Below are positions 9,113 through 20,090 of a DNA stretch of 64,000 nt, one piece after another. Source of the stretch: Candidatus Dormiibacterota bacterium. GTDB lineage: Bacteria > Chloroflexota > Dormibacteria > Aeolococcales > Aeolococcaceae. The notes under the pieces are model-generated. The model saw nothing but the letters and a program-made list of their open reading frames with translations. It searched no databases and had not been told where the DNA came from. A program made the translations under genes and the position numbers. Position 1 is the first letter of the stretch; each line of letters begins with the position of its first letter. The stretch spans positions 3,168,001-3,232,000 of the forward strand of contig OY970355.1 of assembly GCA_963718525.1 (NCBI GenBank). The letters run 5' to 3'.

Positions 9113-10779
9113 CGAGCGGAGCGGGCGTTCCAGCGTCTCCACCTCGGCAGCCGACTCGGCCTCGAGTGCACGGCGCGCGATGTCGGCGGCCTCCTCGTAG
9201 TCGAGCGCTCGCACCCACGCTCGAACACGTGCGACGGCAGCTGCTCCGACGCTGAGCTCATCGACTCCGAGCCCCACCAGCAGGGGCATCACCACCGGGT
9301 TCGACGCCGCCTCGCCGCACACCTCGACAGGAATTCCGGCGGCGCGAGCTGAAGCGACCGTGTCCGAGATCAGCCGGAGGACCGCGGGATGATGCGCGGG
9401 GGCGCCGCCGGGCCGTGTCCGGTCGATACCGAGCTGGAAGCTGGTCAGATCGTTGGTGCCGATGCTGAACATGCCCACCTCGGGCGCGATGCGGTCGGAC
9501 ATCACGGCAGCGGCCGGGACCTCGACCATGGCGGCAACCAATGGAACACGACTCCCGCTTCGAGCGGCGATCGGCTCGATGGCCGCCCGCACCGCTCGCA
9601 CCTGGCCGGGCTCGGTCACCATCGGGATCAACACCCGGAGCTCGGTGGCGTCTCCGGCATGGAGGATGGCTTCCAACTGGGCCGAGAGCGCCTCGGCATC
9701 CTCGAGCAGCAGCTCAACGCCGCGTCCATGGACTCCTTAAGAAAGGGCGGCGTTTTATCGCCGCCAAAATCCAGGAGGCGAACGGTCGCGGTCAAGGACC
9801 TGAGCTGACGCAACGCCGGGTCCAGGATCCTGCGGTGTTCGGCGATTGTCGGCCAGTGCCTCGCCTCCAGGAACGCGAGCTCAGTGCGAAACAGGCCGAC
9901 GCCGTCGGCTCCTGCCTCAAGCGCCTCGCGCACCTCGGTGGCCGTGGCGGCGTTGGCGAGCACGCGCACCATCCGGCCGTCGCGCGTCACGGTCGGAAGG
10001 GCGCGTGACTTCATGGCGCGCGTTCGCGCCAGAGCGGCCGCCGCGATCGCGCTCCGCGCCGCCGCCACCCGATCGCTGTCTGGTGACGCGATCACGATGC
10101 TGCGGTCGGCGTCGACGATGCAGGGTTCCCCCGCCCCCAGCTCGAGTACGTCCGCACCCAGGCCGACGACCATCGGGAGCCCGAGCCCGCGAGCAACGAT
10201 CGCGGCATGCCCCGTGACGCCTCCAACGGCGAGGGCGATCCCTCGGATGTCGCCGTCGAGCTCGATGACGTCAGCCGGGCCGAGATCCGACGCCACGAGA
10301 ATGGAGTCGCCACCACGGCTTCGATCGGTGCGCCCCTCCTCGCCGGAGGCGAGCCGCGAGGCGCGCCGGGCGAGGCTGCGCACGTCAGCCGCTCGCGCGG
10401 CCAGTTCGGGGTCGTCGAGCATGTCCAGCTGCACCGCGAGGCCCTCGACCTCGGTGAGAATCGCGCTCGCCGGAGTGAGTCCGCGATCCACGACCGCGCG
10501 CTCGACCGCCGTGATGAGCACCGGGTCCTCCGCCATCATCGTCCCAGCGTCGAGGATGTCGGCCTCGTCGACGCGGCCGTCAGCTCGGAGCTTCACCGCG
10601 AGCGCCTCGAGCTCCTGCGCCGACCGCGCAAGTGCGTCAAGAGCCCGTGTCGCGGCGGCGGGTCGCGCACCCTCGTCGAGGACGGTGCCGTCGACCTCGC
10701 CGGAGGCGTCGAGACACCTCACCGCACCGAACGCGATCCCCGGTGATGCCGGAACGCCCGCGAGCACGCGCTCCGTCAT
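9092..10779 (-). pseudogene. ptsI: PEP-protein phosphotransferase (PTS Enzyme I), frameshifted near 9735 (likely sequencing error)
   Basis: The N-terminal ORF has GVPASPG, GGVTGHAAIVAR, GVGLFRTE and DFGGDK; the C-terminal ORF has MVEVP, SIGTNDL, CGE and GVDELS. Adding one G at AAG-GA restores ...KGVHGRGVELLL... Confidence 0.85.
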
Positions 10780-10783
10780 CTTA

Positions 10784-11434
10784 TTAAGGAGTGCCCGCCA
10801 CCGTCCGTTCGAGGGCGCGGATGATCATCGCCGTCGAGGTCGCTCCCGGATCCTGATGACCGATTGAGCGTTCTCCCAGGTACGACGCACGTCCCTTGCG
10901 AGCCTGCATCGGGATCGTTGCCCGCATCCCCGCCTCCGCCGCCTCCGATGCGGAGCGAAGCATCTCTCCGCGCGACGCCCCCCGCGCCAGCCCCTCTCGC
11001 ATCGCGGTCACGGCCGGCTCCAGCGCATCGACCATGGTCTTGTCACCGGGCACGGCGGCACCGAGATCCTGGATCGATGCGAGCGCGGCGGCCATCGCAT
11101 CCACCAGCTGGGCGAGGTCGAACGTCGGTCCATCGCCGAGGGCGCGCCCTGCCTTGCGCAGCGCCGAGCCCCAGAGTGGGCCGCTGGCACCCCCGACCGT
11201 GGACACGAGGGTCTTGCCGGAGAGGATCAGCAACTTGCCGGGAGTCCCGTCCGGCTCCGTGCTCAGGGCGAGCGTCACGGCATCGAACCCTCGATTCAGG
11301 TTGATGCCGTGGTCGCCATCGCCGATCGCCGCGTCGAGCTGGACCAGGTAGTCCCGCTCGGCGCGGACCGACGCGGCGATCTCATTCATCCACGCGGTGA
11401 CGGTCTGCGCGTCCATTGCTATAGCGACCGCCAC
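10784..11434 (-). CDS. dhaL: Dihydroxyacetone kinase ADP-binding subunit
   Basis: LDAAIGDGDHG, GGASGPLWG, GDKTMVD, GRASYLGERSIGHQDPGA. Confidence 0.95.
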   Translation of the reverse strand: MAVAIAMDAQTVTAWMNEIAASVRAERDYLVQLDAAIGDGDHGINLNRGFDAVTLALSTEPDGTPGKLLILSGKTLVSTVGGASGPLWGSALRKAGRALGDGPTFDLAQLVDAMAAALASIQDLGAAVPGDKTMVDALEPAVTAMREGLARGASRGEMLRSASEAAEAGMRATIPMQARKGRASYLGERSIGHQDPGATSTAMIIRALERTVAGTP

Positions 11435-11441
11435 GATAGCA

Positions 11442-12463
11442 TCAGCCTCCCCAGCGCAGGGCTGCCGTGTGCACGGGCGCGTCCCACAGCGCTGTCAGGT
11501 TGTCGTCGAGCTCCACAACCGTCAACGACGCGCCCGCCATCTCGAGCGAGGTGATGTAGCTGCCGACCAGGTTTCGAATCGGGTTGAGCCCGGCGGCGCG
11601 CAGCCGCTTGTCCACCTCGCCGTACAGGAGGTACAGCTCGAGCAGCGGCGTGCCGCCCATGCCGTTGACGAAGGCGAGCACGTTTGCGCCAGACTTGGCA
11701 GCAAGGTCCGAGGTAACGGCCTCGACCATGATGTCGGCGATCTCCGCGGCGCTGCCGAGTGGGGCGCGACGGCGGCCCGGCTCGCCGTGGATGCCGATGC
11801 CCACTTCCATCTCGCCCTCGGGCAGATCGAAGATCGGAGTACCTGACGCCGGCGGGATGCACGACGACAATGCGATGCCGAAGGAACGACCGCGAGCATT
11901 GACCTGCTTGATGACGCTGACGACGGCTTCGAGCGAGTCCCCCGCTCGGCGGCAGCACCGCCGATCTTCTCGGCGATCACGGTCGCGCCGACGCCTCGGC
12001 GTCCGGCGGTATACAGGGAGTCCTGGACGGCGACGTCGTCGTCGATCACGATCGCCTCGACCTTGACGCCGTCGTCGGCGGCCTCGTCGGCGGCCATCTT
12101 GAAGTTGAGAACGTCACCGGTGTAGTTCTTGACGATGTGGATGACCCCTGCTCCACCATCGACAGCCTTGGTTGCGGCGAGCATCTGATCGGGAACCGGC
12201 GAAGTGAACACTTCGCCGGGGCAGGCTGCGTCGAGCATGCCCTTGCCGACGAAACCGCCATGCAGCGGCTCGTGCCCGGAGCCGCCGCCCGAGATCAGGG
12301 CGACCTTGCCTTTCACCGGCGCGTCCTTGCGAACCAGGATCTGGTTGGCGACGTCGTACCGGAGGATGTCCGGCACTGAGGCGGCGAGCCCGGCAAGCAA
12401 CTCTTTGACCACCTGGTCCGGCTCGTTGATGATTTTCCGCATGCGCCTGGTGGCTGTGGCCAT
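11442..12463 (-). pseudogene. dhaK: Dihydroxyacetone kinase DHA-binding subunit, frameshifted at a G5 run (11939-11943; likely sequencing error)
   Basis: [19 protein letters not shown] and TAGRRG in the 5' frame; [16 protein letters not shown] and TSLEM in the 3' frame. One extra G joins the two frames. Confidence 0.88.
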
Positions 12464-12477
12464 GGCTCGACACTCCT

Positions 12478-12536
12478 GTTATTCGACATTATCGAACGTT
12501 GGTCGGAAATTACTCTTTTCGCGAGGCTGCTGTCAA
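12478..12536 (-). promoter_or_regulatory. dhaK promoter with downstream palindromic operator
   Basis: Minus-strand TTGACA (12531-12536), 18 nt, TAATTT (12507-12512); palindrome TTCGA-CATTA-TCGAA at 12482-12496 between promoter and RBS. Confidence 0.65.
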
Positions 12537-12629
12537 TGGGTTTGTTGAGGCGGTCCGTGTGGGGCGTCTGACAATGCTCTCGGGCCGGCGCGATGGCCGC
12601 GGGGCTTGGCGGGGTAGGCTCGCTTCTGC

Positions 12630-13664
12630 ATGGCTGGCAGAGCTTTCGTCACCGGCGCGACCGGCTTCCTTGGACGGGCGATCGCCGAGGAGCTGCTTGC
12701 CGCCGGTCGGCCGGTGCGCGCCCTCGCCCGGTCCGGCGCGGCAGCTGAGCGGCTTGCTGCGCTCGGGGTGGAAGCGGTCCGCGGAGACCTCCGCGACCCG
12801 GGGTCGCTCGAGGCCGCATTCGGGGGATGCGAGGTGGTCTTTCATGCGGCGGGGGTCAACGCCTTCTGCCTGCCCGATCCCCGGCAGATGTTCGAGGTCA
12901 ACGTCGCCGGATCGAGAGCCGTGGTGCGCGCCGCTGCGACTGCGGGAGTCGCCCGGCTCGTGTACACCTCGTCGGCAGCCACCCTGGACGTGGCCTCCAA
13001 GGGCGGCGGAGGCCATCGCGGCGCTGGTCGGTTCCTCTCGAAGTACGCGCGGTCCAAGTACCTGGCCGAGCAGGCAGTCCTGGAAGCCTCCGCGAGCAGC
13101 GGCCTCGACGTCGTCTGCGTCAATCCGGCCTCGGTACAGGGGCCGGGGCGGACGAGCGGAACCGCGAGGCTGCTGATCGGCTACCTCAACGGCAAGCTTC
13201 CCGCGGCAGTCGACGGGCCGCTCAACGTCATCGATATCGCCGATTGCACGCGCGGCCACGTGCTCGCCGAGGCGCGCGGGGTGGCGGGGGAACGATATCT
13301 CCTGTGCGGAGCATCCATGACGCTGCGCTCCGGACTCGCGCTGCTGTCCCGGCTCACCGGACTCGAGGACCGCCCTCGATTCCTTCCGCCTCGGGTTGCA
13401 CTTGCCGCGGCCGCGTGCATCGAGGCCGTCGCCCGTGCACGCGGGAAGCACACGCGGTTCTGTCGCGAGATGGTTCGGACCCTGATCGAAGGGGCCTCAT
13501 ACGACGGATCGGCCGCAGCGCGAGACCTGGGGCTGGACTACACGCCGATCGAAACCACCATGCGCCGCACGATCAGCTGGTACATCGATCAGGGCCTGAT
13601 CCTGCGGCCGCTGCCGGGCTTCACCCCGCCGGCCGCAGAACCTCAGCGCACCGGCGGCGTCTGA
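12630..13664 (+). CDS. NAD-dependent epimerase/dehydratase (extended SDR, dihydroflavonol-reductase-like)
   Basis: FVTGATGFLG, VFHAAG, VYTSS, YARSK catalytic YxxxK. Confidence 0.9.
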   Translation: MAGRAFVTGATGFLGRAIAEELLAAGRPVRALARSGAAAERLAALGVEAVRGDLRDPGSLEAAFGGCEVVFHAAGVNAFCLPDPRQMFEVNVAGSRAVVRAAATAGVARLVYTSSAATLDVASKGGGGHRGAGRFLSKYARSKYLAEQAVLEASASSGLDVVCVNPASVQGPGRTSGTARLLIGYLNGKLPAAVDGPLNVIDIADCTRGHVLAEARGVAGERYLLCGASMTLRSGLALLSRLTGLEDRPRFLPPRVALAAAACIEAVARARGKHTRFCREMVRTLIEGASYDGSAAARDLGLDYTPIETTMRRTISWYIDQGLILRPLPGFTPPAAEPQRTGGV

Positions 13665-14314
13665 TCAACCGCGGCCGCCGCAGCGACAGGTGCCGCAGGG
13701 CGACGACGCAGTCCCGGGAGGCGCAGCGTGAAACGGTTCTCCGTCCCCTGCATCAGCCGCTCGATATTGGCGCGATGCAGCACGATGATGGCGATCGCTG
13801 CGCCGACGGTGAACAGCACCTCCGCCCATGAGCCGCCGAACACCAGCACCAAAGGCGGCAGCGCGAGCGACGCCGTGATCGATGCCACCGAGGTGTATCG
13901 GGTGGCGAGCAGCACCATCCACCAGAGCACTGCCATGACCACCGATGCGAGCGGAGCCATGACGAGCACGACGCCGACTGTCGTCGCGACGATCTTGCCG
14001 CCGCGCTTGAAGCCGAGGAACAGTGGCCGCCAGTGCCCGATCAGGGCGCCGGCTCCGGCGACCACCGCACCGGTGCGCCCGCCGGCGGCGAGTCCGAGCG
14101 CCGCGGCGGCCGAACCCTTGCCGATGTCGAGAACGGCGACGGCGAAGAACATCTTGAAGCCGGCGTGACGCCAGACATTCGCCGCTCCTGTGCCTCTGCT
14201 CCCGACCTCGCGTATGTCCTTCCCGGTGAAGAACCTCGAGAGCCAGTATCCCCATGGGAGACTCCCGAGTGCGTATCCGGCCACCCCCAAAAGCACAATG
14301 GTCAGGAGGCTCAC
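13643..14314 (-). CDS. plsY: Glycerol-3-phosphate acyltransferase
   Basis: YALGSLPWG, DIREVGSRGTGAANVWR, LDIGKG, GH..PLFLGFKRGGKIVAT, HRANIERL..GTE. Confidence 0.93.
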   Translation of the reverse strand: MSLLTIVLLGVAGYALGSLPWGYWLSRFFTGKDIREVGSRGTGAANVWRHAGFKMFFAVAVLDIGKGSAAAALGLAAGGRTGAVVAGAGALIGHWRPLFLGFKRGGKIVATTVGVVLVMAPLASVVMAVLWWMVLLATRYTSVASITASLALPPLVLVFGGSWAEVLFTVGAAIAIIVLHRANIERLMQGTENRFTLRLPGLRRRPAAPVAAAAAVDQTPPVR

Positions 14315-14371
14315 CCATCGATTCTAGAGGCAATTCCCGGGCCCTGCCGCTGACCGCCTGGAGGTGGTGGG

Positions 14372-14926
14372 ATGCACACTGACGCGGTGACGCGGCACCT
14401 CACGATCCCCAATCAGCTGACCATCCTGCGCATCCTCCTCGTGCCCGTCATCGGAGCCGTCCTCGCGATCGATTTCACCGACCATTTCCAGATCAGCGCG
14501 GTGGCCTATGTGACCGCCGCGGCGACCGACACCCTGGACGGGCGGATCGCCCGAAGCCGCAATCTCGTCACCGAGCTCGGCAAGTTTCTCGACCCGCTGG
14601 CCGACAAGCTGCTGGTGATCACCGTGCTGGTGATCCTGGCCACCCAGTCGCTGCTTCCGGCGTGGGTCGTCCTGATCGTCGCCGCACGCGAGTTCCTGAT
14701 CACCGGGCTGCGATCGGTGGCCGCCGCTCAGGGGGTCGTGGTCAGCTCAACGCCATGGGGCAAGTCCAAGACGCTCACGCAGAACTGCATGATCCTGCTG
14801 ATCATCCTGGCGCAGCCATATTCCTGGCTCAAACCCGCGGCGGTGGCCTTCATCTGGATCGCGGTGATCGCCACGGTGCTCAGCGGTCTCGACTACCTGT
14901 GGCGCTACCGGCGCTTCGTGATCTAG
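14372..14926 (+). CDS. pgsA: CDP-diacylglycerol--glycerol-3-phosphate 3-phosphatidyltransferase
   Basis: TIPNQLTILR, TDTLDGRIAR...GKFLDPLADK, REFLITGLR, GKSKT. Confidence 0.93.
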   Translation: MHTDAVTRHLTIPNQLTILRILLVPVIGAVLAIDFTDHFQISAVAYVTAAATDTLDGRIARSRNLVTELGKFLDPLADKLLVITVLVILATQSLLPAWVVLIVAAREFLITGLRSVAAAQGVVVSSTPWGKSKTLTQNCMILLIILAQPYSWLKPAAVAFIWIAVIATVLSGLDYLWRYRRFVI

Positions 14927-14938
14927 GGGGGCCGGAGG

Positions 14939-16429
14939 TCAGTCGTCGTCGTCGACCCAGTCGAGGGTGCGCTGGACCGCCTTCTTCCATTTGCGGTAGC
15001 CCCGATCGCGTGCGTCCTGATCCATGTTCGGGACCCACTCCGCCGCCTTGTGCCAGTTTGCCCGGAGGCTCTCGACGTCCGGCCAGAATCCGACCGCGAG
15101 GCCGGCGGCATATGCGGCGCCGAGCGACACGGTCTCCGCAACGTTCGGGCGCACGACCGGCACCCCGAGCACGTCGGCCAGGAACTGCATTAGCAGGTTG
15201 TTGGCCGTCATACCGCCGTCGGCCTTGAGCGTGGTCAGCTCGATGCCGGAATCGGCATTCATCGCATCGACGACTTCGCGCGTCTGCCATGCGGTGGCTT
15301 CGAGCACCGCGCGAGCCAGGTGGCCCTTGGTGACATAGCCGGTCAGGCCGGCGATGACGCCCCGCGCGTCGCCGCGCCAGTGCGGAGCGAACAACCCGGA
15401 GAACGCGGGAACGAAATAGATGCCTCCGTTGTCGTCGACGGTGCGTGCCAGGGTTTCCACCTCGGGCGCGCTCCCGATGAGCCCGACCTTGTCGCGGAAC
15501 CACTGGACGAGCGCGCCGGTGACCGCGATCGATCCCTCGAGCGCGTAGCTCGCGGGCTCATCGCCGATCTTCGACCCCACCGTGGTGAGCAATCCATGCC
15601 CGGACAGCACTGGCCGCTCACCGGTGTTGAGCAGGAGGAAGCTCCCGGTTCCATACGTGCACTTGGCCTCCCCCGCCGAGAAGCACGTTTGACCGAACAG
15701 CGCCGCCTGCTGATCGCCGAGCGCCGCAGCGATGGGCACACCGCCCAGGGTGTCGCCGGCCTCACCGTAGATCTTCGACGAGGATTGGATCTCCGGCAGC
15801 ATGGCTCGAGGGACCCCGATCGCATCGAGCAGGGTGTCGTCCCAGTCGAGCGTCGTCAGGTTCATCAGCATCGTGCGGCTGGCATTGGTGACGTCCGTGA
15901 CATGGCGGCCGGTGAGATTCCAGACGAGCCAGCTGTCCATCGTGCCGAAGAGCAGGTCACCCTCCTCGGCGCGTCGTCGCAGGTCGGGTGCGCTGTCGAG
16001 GAGCCAGCTCACCTTCGGGCCGGAGAAGTACGTCGCGAGCGGGAGCCCACAGCGTTCGCGGAAACGATCCTGGCCGTGCTCAGCGGCGAGATTGCGGCAG
16101 AGGGCGTCGGTGCGCGTGTCCTGCCACACGATCGCGTTCTGCACTGGCTCCCCGGTGTGGGGGTCCCAGACGACGGTGGTCTCGCGTTGGTTCGCGATGC
16201 CGACCGAGACCAGGTCGCGCACATCGAGACCGCCGCTGTCGAGGGCGCCGTGGACGACCTCGATGACATTGCGCAGGATCTCGCGAGGGTCGTGCTCAAC
16301 CCAACCCGGACGCGGAAATATCTGTTCGTGTTCCTTCTGGCTGAGTGAAACGATGCGACCCTGGTGATCAAACACCAGGCAGCGCGACGAAGAGGTTCCC
16401 TGATCGATCGCAGCGACGTAGCTGTTCAA
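14939..16429 (-). CDS. glpK: Glycerol kinase (copy 1)
   Basis: [57 protein letters not shown] start estimated from the GAGGG RBS. Confidence 0.95.
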   Translation of the reverse strand: MNSYVAAIDQGTSSSRCLVFDHQGRIVSLSQKEHEQIFPRPGWVEHDPREILRNVIEVVHGALDSGGLDVRDLVSVGIANQRETTVVWDPHTGEPVQNAIVWQDTRTDALCRNLAAEHGQDRFRERCGLPLATYFSGPKVSWLLDSAPDLRRRAEEGDLLFGTMDSWLVWNLTGRHVTDVTNASRTMLMNLTTLDWDDTLLDAIGVPRAMLPEIQSSSKIYGEAGDTLGGVPIAAALGDQQAALFGQTCFSAGEAKCTYGTGSFLLLNTGERPVLSGHGLLTTVGSKIGDEPASYALEGSIAVTGALVQWFRDKVGLIGSAPEVETLARTVDDNGGIYFVPAFSGLFAPHWRGDARGVIAGLTGYVTKGHLARAVLEATAWQTREVVDAMNADSGIELTTLKADGGMTANNLLMQFLADVLGVPVVRPNVAETVSLGAAYAAGLAVGFWPDVESLRANWHKAAEWVPNMDQDARDRGYRKWKKAVQRTLDWVDDDD

Positions 16430-16466
16430 GCGCACTTCCCTCGTGCCGGCTGATGCAATGGAGAGT

Positions 16467-17231
16467 TCACCACGGAACCGCACCAAGGTCGCGGGATATC
16501 GTGCGCGCTCCCTCGCGGACGAACGCGACCAGCTCGCTGCGCGGTTGGTCGCCCTCGCAGAGTCGTTCCGTCGGTCCGGAGATGGCGATGGCGCCGACCG
16601 CGGCACCCTGCCGGTCGCGTATCGGCGCTGCGAATGACGTCTCACCTTCGATCAACTCTTCAGCCGACGACGCCCATCCCTGCTCCTGCACGCGCTCGAT
16701 CTCGATCGCGAGCTGTTTGGGGTCGGTGATCGTGCAATTGGTGAAGCGGGGCAGGGATCCGTTGCCCAGCTCGGCTGTCAGATAGGGGTGATATGCGAGC
16801 AGGACCTTGCCCATCGCGGTTGCATGCATCGGGAGCAGCGCGCCCACCTCGAGCACCTGGGGGCTGTTGTCCGGACGGAACACGTGGTGCACCAGCAGCA
16901 CCTGGCGGTCATGCAACGTCCCCAGGCGCACGCTCTCGTTGGTGCGTGCAGCCAGCCAGTCCGCCCAGTTGAGCGCACGGGTGCGCAGCTCATTGCCGTC
17001 GAGGTAGCTGCTGCCGAGGTGGAGCAGCGCCGCACCCATTCGGTACTTCCCCGACTCCGGGTCCTGCTCGACGAATCCGACGGACAGGAGCGTGCGCATG
17101 ATGCCGTAGACCGTCCCCTTGGGCAGCCCGAGCTCGCCCGCCACCTCGGCAAGGCTCAACCGGCGGGTGCGCCCGGACAGCAGGCGGAGGATCGCCGAGG
17201 CTCGTTCGATGGATTGGATCGGTTTGGGCAT
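16467..17231 (-). CDS. gylR: IclR family regulator, GylR-like (copy 2)
   Basis: [51 protein letters not shown]; divergent from glpF. Confidence 0.9.
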   Translation of the reverse strand: MPKPIQSIERASAILRLLSGRTRRLSLAEVAGELGLPKGTVYGIMRTLLSVGFVEQDPESGKYRMGAALLHLGSSYLDGNELRTRALNWADWLAARTNESVRLGTLHDRQVLLVHHVFRPDNSPQVLEVGALLPMHATAMGKVLLAYHPYLTAELGNGSLPRFTNCTITDPKQLAIEIERVQEQGWASSAEELIEGETSFAAPIRDRQGAAVGAIAISGPTERLCEGDQPRSELVAFVREGARTISRDLGAVPW

Positions 17232-17286
17232 CGGACCTAAGCCTAGCAATTCCTTAATAGGGCAAAAGGGCCATTTCCACAGGTGA

Positions 17287-17316
17287 TTGACAATGCCCTA
17301 CGGACGAGGGTAGTGT
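17287..17316 (+). promoter_or_regulatory. Putative glpF-glpK promoter
   Basis: TTGACA (17287-17292), 18 nt, TAGTGT (17311-17316), followed by an AAGGAGG RBS. Confidence 0.55.
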
Positions 17317-17363
17317 CCGCACACCCAATCAGGGGTAGAAGATCGCCAAGGAGGTGGCACGTT

Positions 17364-18083
17364 ATGCCGAACCACATCTTTTTCTCGGAGGTCATAGGAA
17401 CAGGCCTACTGATCCTTCTCGGGGATGGCGTCGTCGCCGGCGTGCTGCTGTCCAAGTCGAAGGCCGAGAACAGCGGGTGGATCGTGATCACCTTCGGGTG
17501 GGCGATGGCAGTGGCGATGGCGGTGTACGCAGTGGGTCAGTTCGACGGCGCGCATCTCAACCCCGCGGTTACCCTCGGGCTGGCCGTGATCGGCGTGACC
17601 CAATGGTCCAACGTTCCCCAGTACATCGGCGGTGAACTGGTCGGAGCTTTCATCGGGGCGGTCCTGGTGTGGGTGCACTACAGCCACCACTGGAAGGAGA
17701 CCGAGGATCCAGGTCTGAAGCTCGCGGTCTTCTGCACCGGCCCTGCGATCCGCAACGTGGCCTTCAACTTCATCAGCGAGGTCATCGGCACCTTCGTGCT
17801 CGTCTTCGGGGTCGTCGCCATCACCTCCAAGGGCAATGGCCTGGTAGGTGGGCTCGCCCCGCTGATCATCGGCCTGCTGGTCTTCGCGATCGGCCTCTCC
17901 CTGGGCGGTCCGACCGGGTACGCGATCAACCCCGCCCGCGATCTCATGCCCCGAATCGCGCACTTCCTGCTCCCGATACCAGGCAAGGGAGGGTCCGATT
18001 GGGAATACGCGTTGATACCGGTTGTCGGGCCGATCGTCGGCGGCATTCTCGGCGCGATCGTTGCCCACCAGCTTCCCATCTAG
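17364..18083 (+). CDS. glpF: Glycerol uptake facilitator (MIP channel)
   Basis: Two NPA motifs (HLNPAVT, YAINPARD), GGPTGYA, six hydrophobic helices. Confidence 0.95.
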   Translation: MPNHIFFSEVIGTGLLILLGDGVVAGVLLSKSKAENSGWIVITFGWAMAVAMAVYAVGQFDGAHLNPAVTLGLAVIGVTQWSNVPQYIGGELVGAFIGAVLVWVHYSHHWKETEDPGLKLAVFCTGPAIRNVAFNFISEVIGTFVLVFGVVAITSKGNGLVGGLAPLIIGLLVFAIGLSLGGPTGYAINPARDLMPRIAHFLLPIPGKGGSDWEYALIPVVGPIVGGILGAIVAHQLPI

Positions 18084-18141
18084 GCATCGCCGCCGACCGC
18101 ACGGCGACACGTGAACGACGCATGGGCGAAAGGAGTTTTTG

Positions 18142-19632
18142 ATGGCCAAATACGCAGCAGCGATTGATCAGGGAACCACCAGCACGCGCTTCATGGTGTT
18201 CGATCACAGCGGCAAGGTTGTCTCTGTCGATCAGAAGGAGCACGAGCAGATTTTCCCGAAGCCGGGCTGGGTGGAGCACGACCCGCTCGAGATCTGGGAG
18301 CGCACCCAGGACGTCGTGCGCGCCGGACTCGGCAAGGTGGCGATCGCCGATCTCGCGGCGGTCGGCATCACCAATCAGCGCGAGACCACGGTTGTCTGGG
18401 ATCGTGGCACCGGCAAGCCTGTTTACAACGCGATCGTCTGGCAGGACACGCGAACCGACAAGATCGTCGATCAACTGTCGGCGGACGGCGGTCAGGACCG
18501 CTTCCGCGCGAAGGTCGGCCTGCCGCTCGCAACCTATTTCTCAGGTCCCAAGGTCAAGTGGATCCTCGACAACGTTGACGGAGCTCGAGCCAAGGCGGAT
18601 GCCGGCGATCTCGCCTTCGGCAACATCGACGCGTGGTTGATCTGGCTGCTCACAGGTGGCACGGACGGCGGCGTGCACGTCACCGACGTGACCAATGCGA
18701 GCCGGACGATGCTCATGAATCTCGAGACGCTTGATTGGGACGACGAGATTCTCAGCATCATGACGATCCCCCGGTCGATGCTCCCGGCGATCCGGGCGTC
18801 GAGCGAGACCTACGGCACTGCAAAGGGCGTGCTTGCCGGCATCCCCGTGGCAGGCGACCTCGGCGATCAGCAGGCAGCCCTGTTCGGGCAGACCTGTTTC
18901 GCGGTCGGCGAGGCGAAGAACACCTATGGCACCGGGAACTTCCTGCTCCTCAACACGGGCACGAAGCCAGTGCAGTCGAAGAACGGTCTGCTGACCACGC
19001 TTGCGTACAAGATGGGCAGCGCCGACGCAACCTACTGCCTCGAAGGTTCGATCGCGATCACGGGCGCGCTCGTGCAGTGGCTGCGCGACAACCTGGGCAT
19101 GATCGAGAAGTCCTCGGACATCGAGGTGCTCGCCAAGACGGTTGATGACAATGGTGGCGCATACTTCGTACCGGCGTTCTCGGGCCTCTATGCCCCCTAC
19201 TGGAAGTCGAGTGCTCGCGGCGTGATCGCCGGCTTGACTCGCTACGTCAACAAGGGCCACATCGCCCGCGCGGCGCTCGAGGCGACCGCATGGCAGACCC
19301 GCGAGATCGTTGATGCCATGAACGCCAACTCGGGGGTCGCGCTGACCTCCCTCAAGGTCGACGGCGGCATGGTCTTCAACGACACGCTGATGCAGTTTCA
19401 GTCCGACGTGCTCGGCGTCCCCGTGGTGCGCCCGACCGTTGCGGAGACGACCTCGCTTGGTGCCGCCTATGCCGCCGGCCTCGCCGTCGGATTCTGGGCC
19501 CAGGTTGAAGACCTTCGCGAGAACTGGGGCAAGGACAAGGAATGGACCCCGCGTATGGACAAGGCCGCCGTCGCCAAGGAGTACGCGCTCTGGAAGAAGG
19601 CCGTCACTCGGACCTTCGACTGGGCGGAGTGA
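18142..19632 (+). CDS. glpK: Glycerol kinase (copy 2)
   Basis: [39 protein letters not shown]; AGGAG RBS. Confidence 0.96.
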   Translation: MAKYAAAIDQGTTSTRFMVFDHSGKVVSVDQKEHEQIFPKPGWVEHDPLEIWERTQDVVRAGLGKVAIADLAAVGITNQRETTVVWDRGTGKPVYNAIVWQDTRTDKIVDQLSADGGQDRFRAKVGLPLATYFSGPKVKWILDNVDGARAKADAGDLAFGNIDAWLIWLLTGGTDGGVHVTDVTNASRTMLMNLETLDWDDEILSIMTIPRSMLPAIRASSETYGTAKGVLAGIPVAGDLGDQQAALFGQTCFAVGEAKNTYGTGNFLLLNTGTKPVQSKNGLLTTLAYKMGSADATYCLEGSIAITGALVQWLRDNLGMIEKSSDIEVLAKTVDDNGGAYFVPAFSGLYAPYWKSSARGVIAGLTRYVNKGHIARAALEATAWQTREIVDAMNANSGVALTSLKVDGGMVFNDTLMQFQSDVLGVPVVRPTVAETTSLGAAYAAGLAVGFWAQVEDLRENWGKDKEWTPRMDKAAVAKEYALWKKAVTRTFDWAE

Positions 19633-19679
19633 GGGCCACTCCAAGGCCGATGTAGCAGACTGGAATCTGTTCTCCGAGG

Positions 19680-19729
19680 GAGCCCGGCGGCGCCGTCACC
19701 GCGGCGTCGACCGGGTCTCCGCCGGGTTC
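19680..19729. other. Nested GC-rich stem-loop between glpK2 and the small repeat-protein gene
   Basis: GAGCCCGGCGG (19680-19690) pairs with CCGCCGGGTTC (19719-19729); inner hairpin CGCCG/CGGCG at 19691-19706; no U-tract. Confidence 0.4.
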
Positions 19730-19766
19730 GAACGCGACCAGAGGCAGGCTCAAAAGGAGATCCATC

Positions 19767-20030
19767 ATGGGTGACGATCAGAAACCCGAAGGCGTCCCCG
19801 AGGAGGACGAGCATGGGCATCAGGGCTCTTTTGCCACGGGGCAAGAGGTGACCGAGCATCATCCCGAGCGTGAGGAGGAGGAAGGCGACTTCGCGACCGG
19901 CGAAGAACTCGCCAGAGATACCCATGAGGGCAGCTTCGCGGAAGGCCAGGAGACAACCGAGCATCATCCCGAGCTCCACAAGGGCGACTTCGCCGAGGGC
20001 CAGGAGGAGGAGCACACGCATCCGGGCTAG
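19767..20030 (+). CDS. Small acidic, His-rich repeat protein of unknown function
   Basis: AAAGGAG RBS; four G[SD]FA[TE]G[QE]E motifs; 19-bp direct repeat ACCGAGCATCATCCCGAGC at 19851 and 19956. Confidence 0.8.
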   Translation: MGDDQKPEGVPEEDEHGHQGSFATGQEVTEHHPEREEEEGDFATGEELARDTHEGSFAEGQETTEHHPELHKGDFAEGQEEEHTHPG

Positions 20031-20090
20031 ATCGAGGACTTCCCGGGTGATCGAGCGACCGGCGCGGACCGACTCGATACGCTCAGTTCA

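Noticed and set aside
9725-11945. Programmed ribosomal frameshifting in ptsI or dhaK
   Set aside because: No canonical slippery heptamer with a stimulator, and no precedent in these families; homopolymer error is simpler.
19851-19974. 19-bp direct repeats as a possible mini-CRISPR or att sites
   Set aside because: Only two copies, in frame within a coding repeat; no cas or integrase genes nearby.
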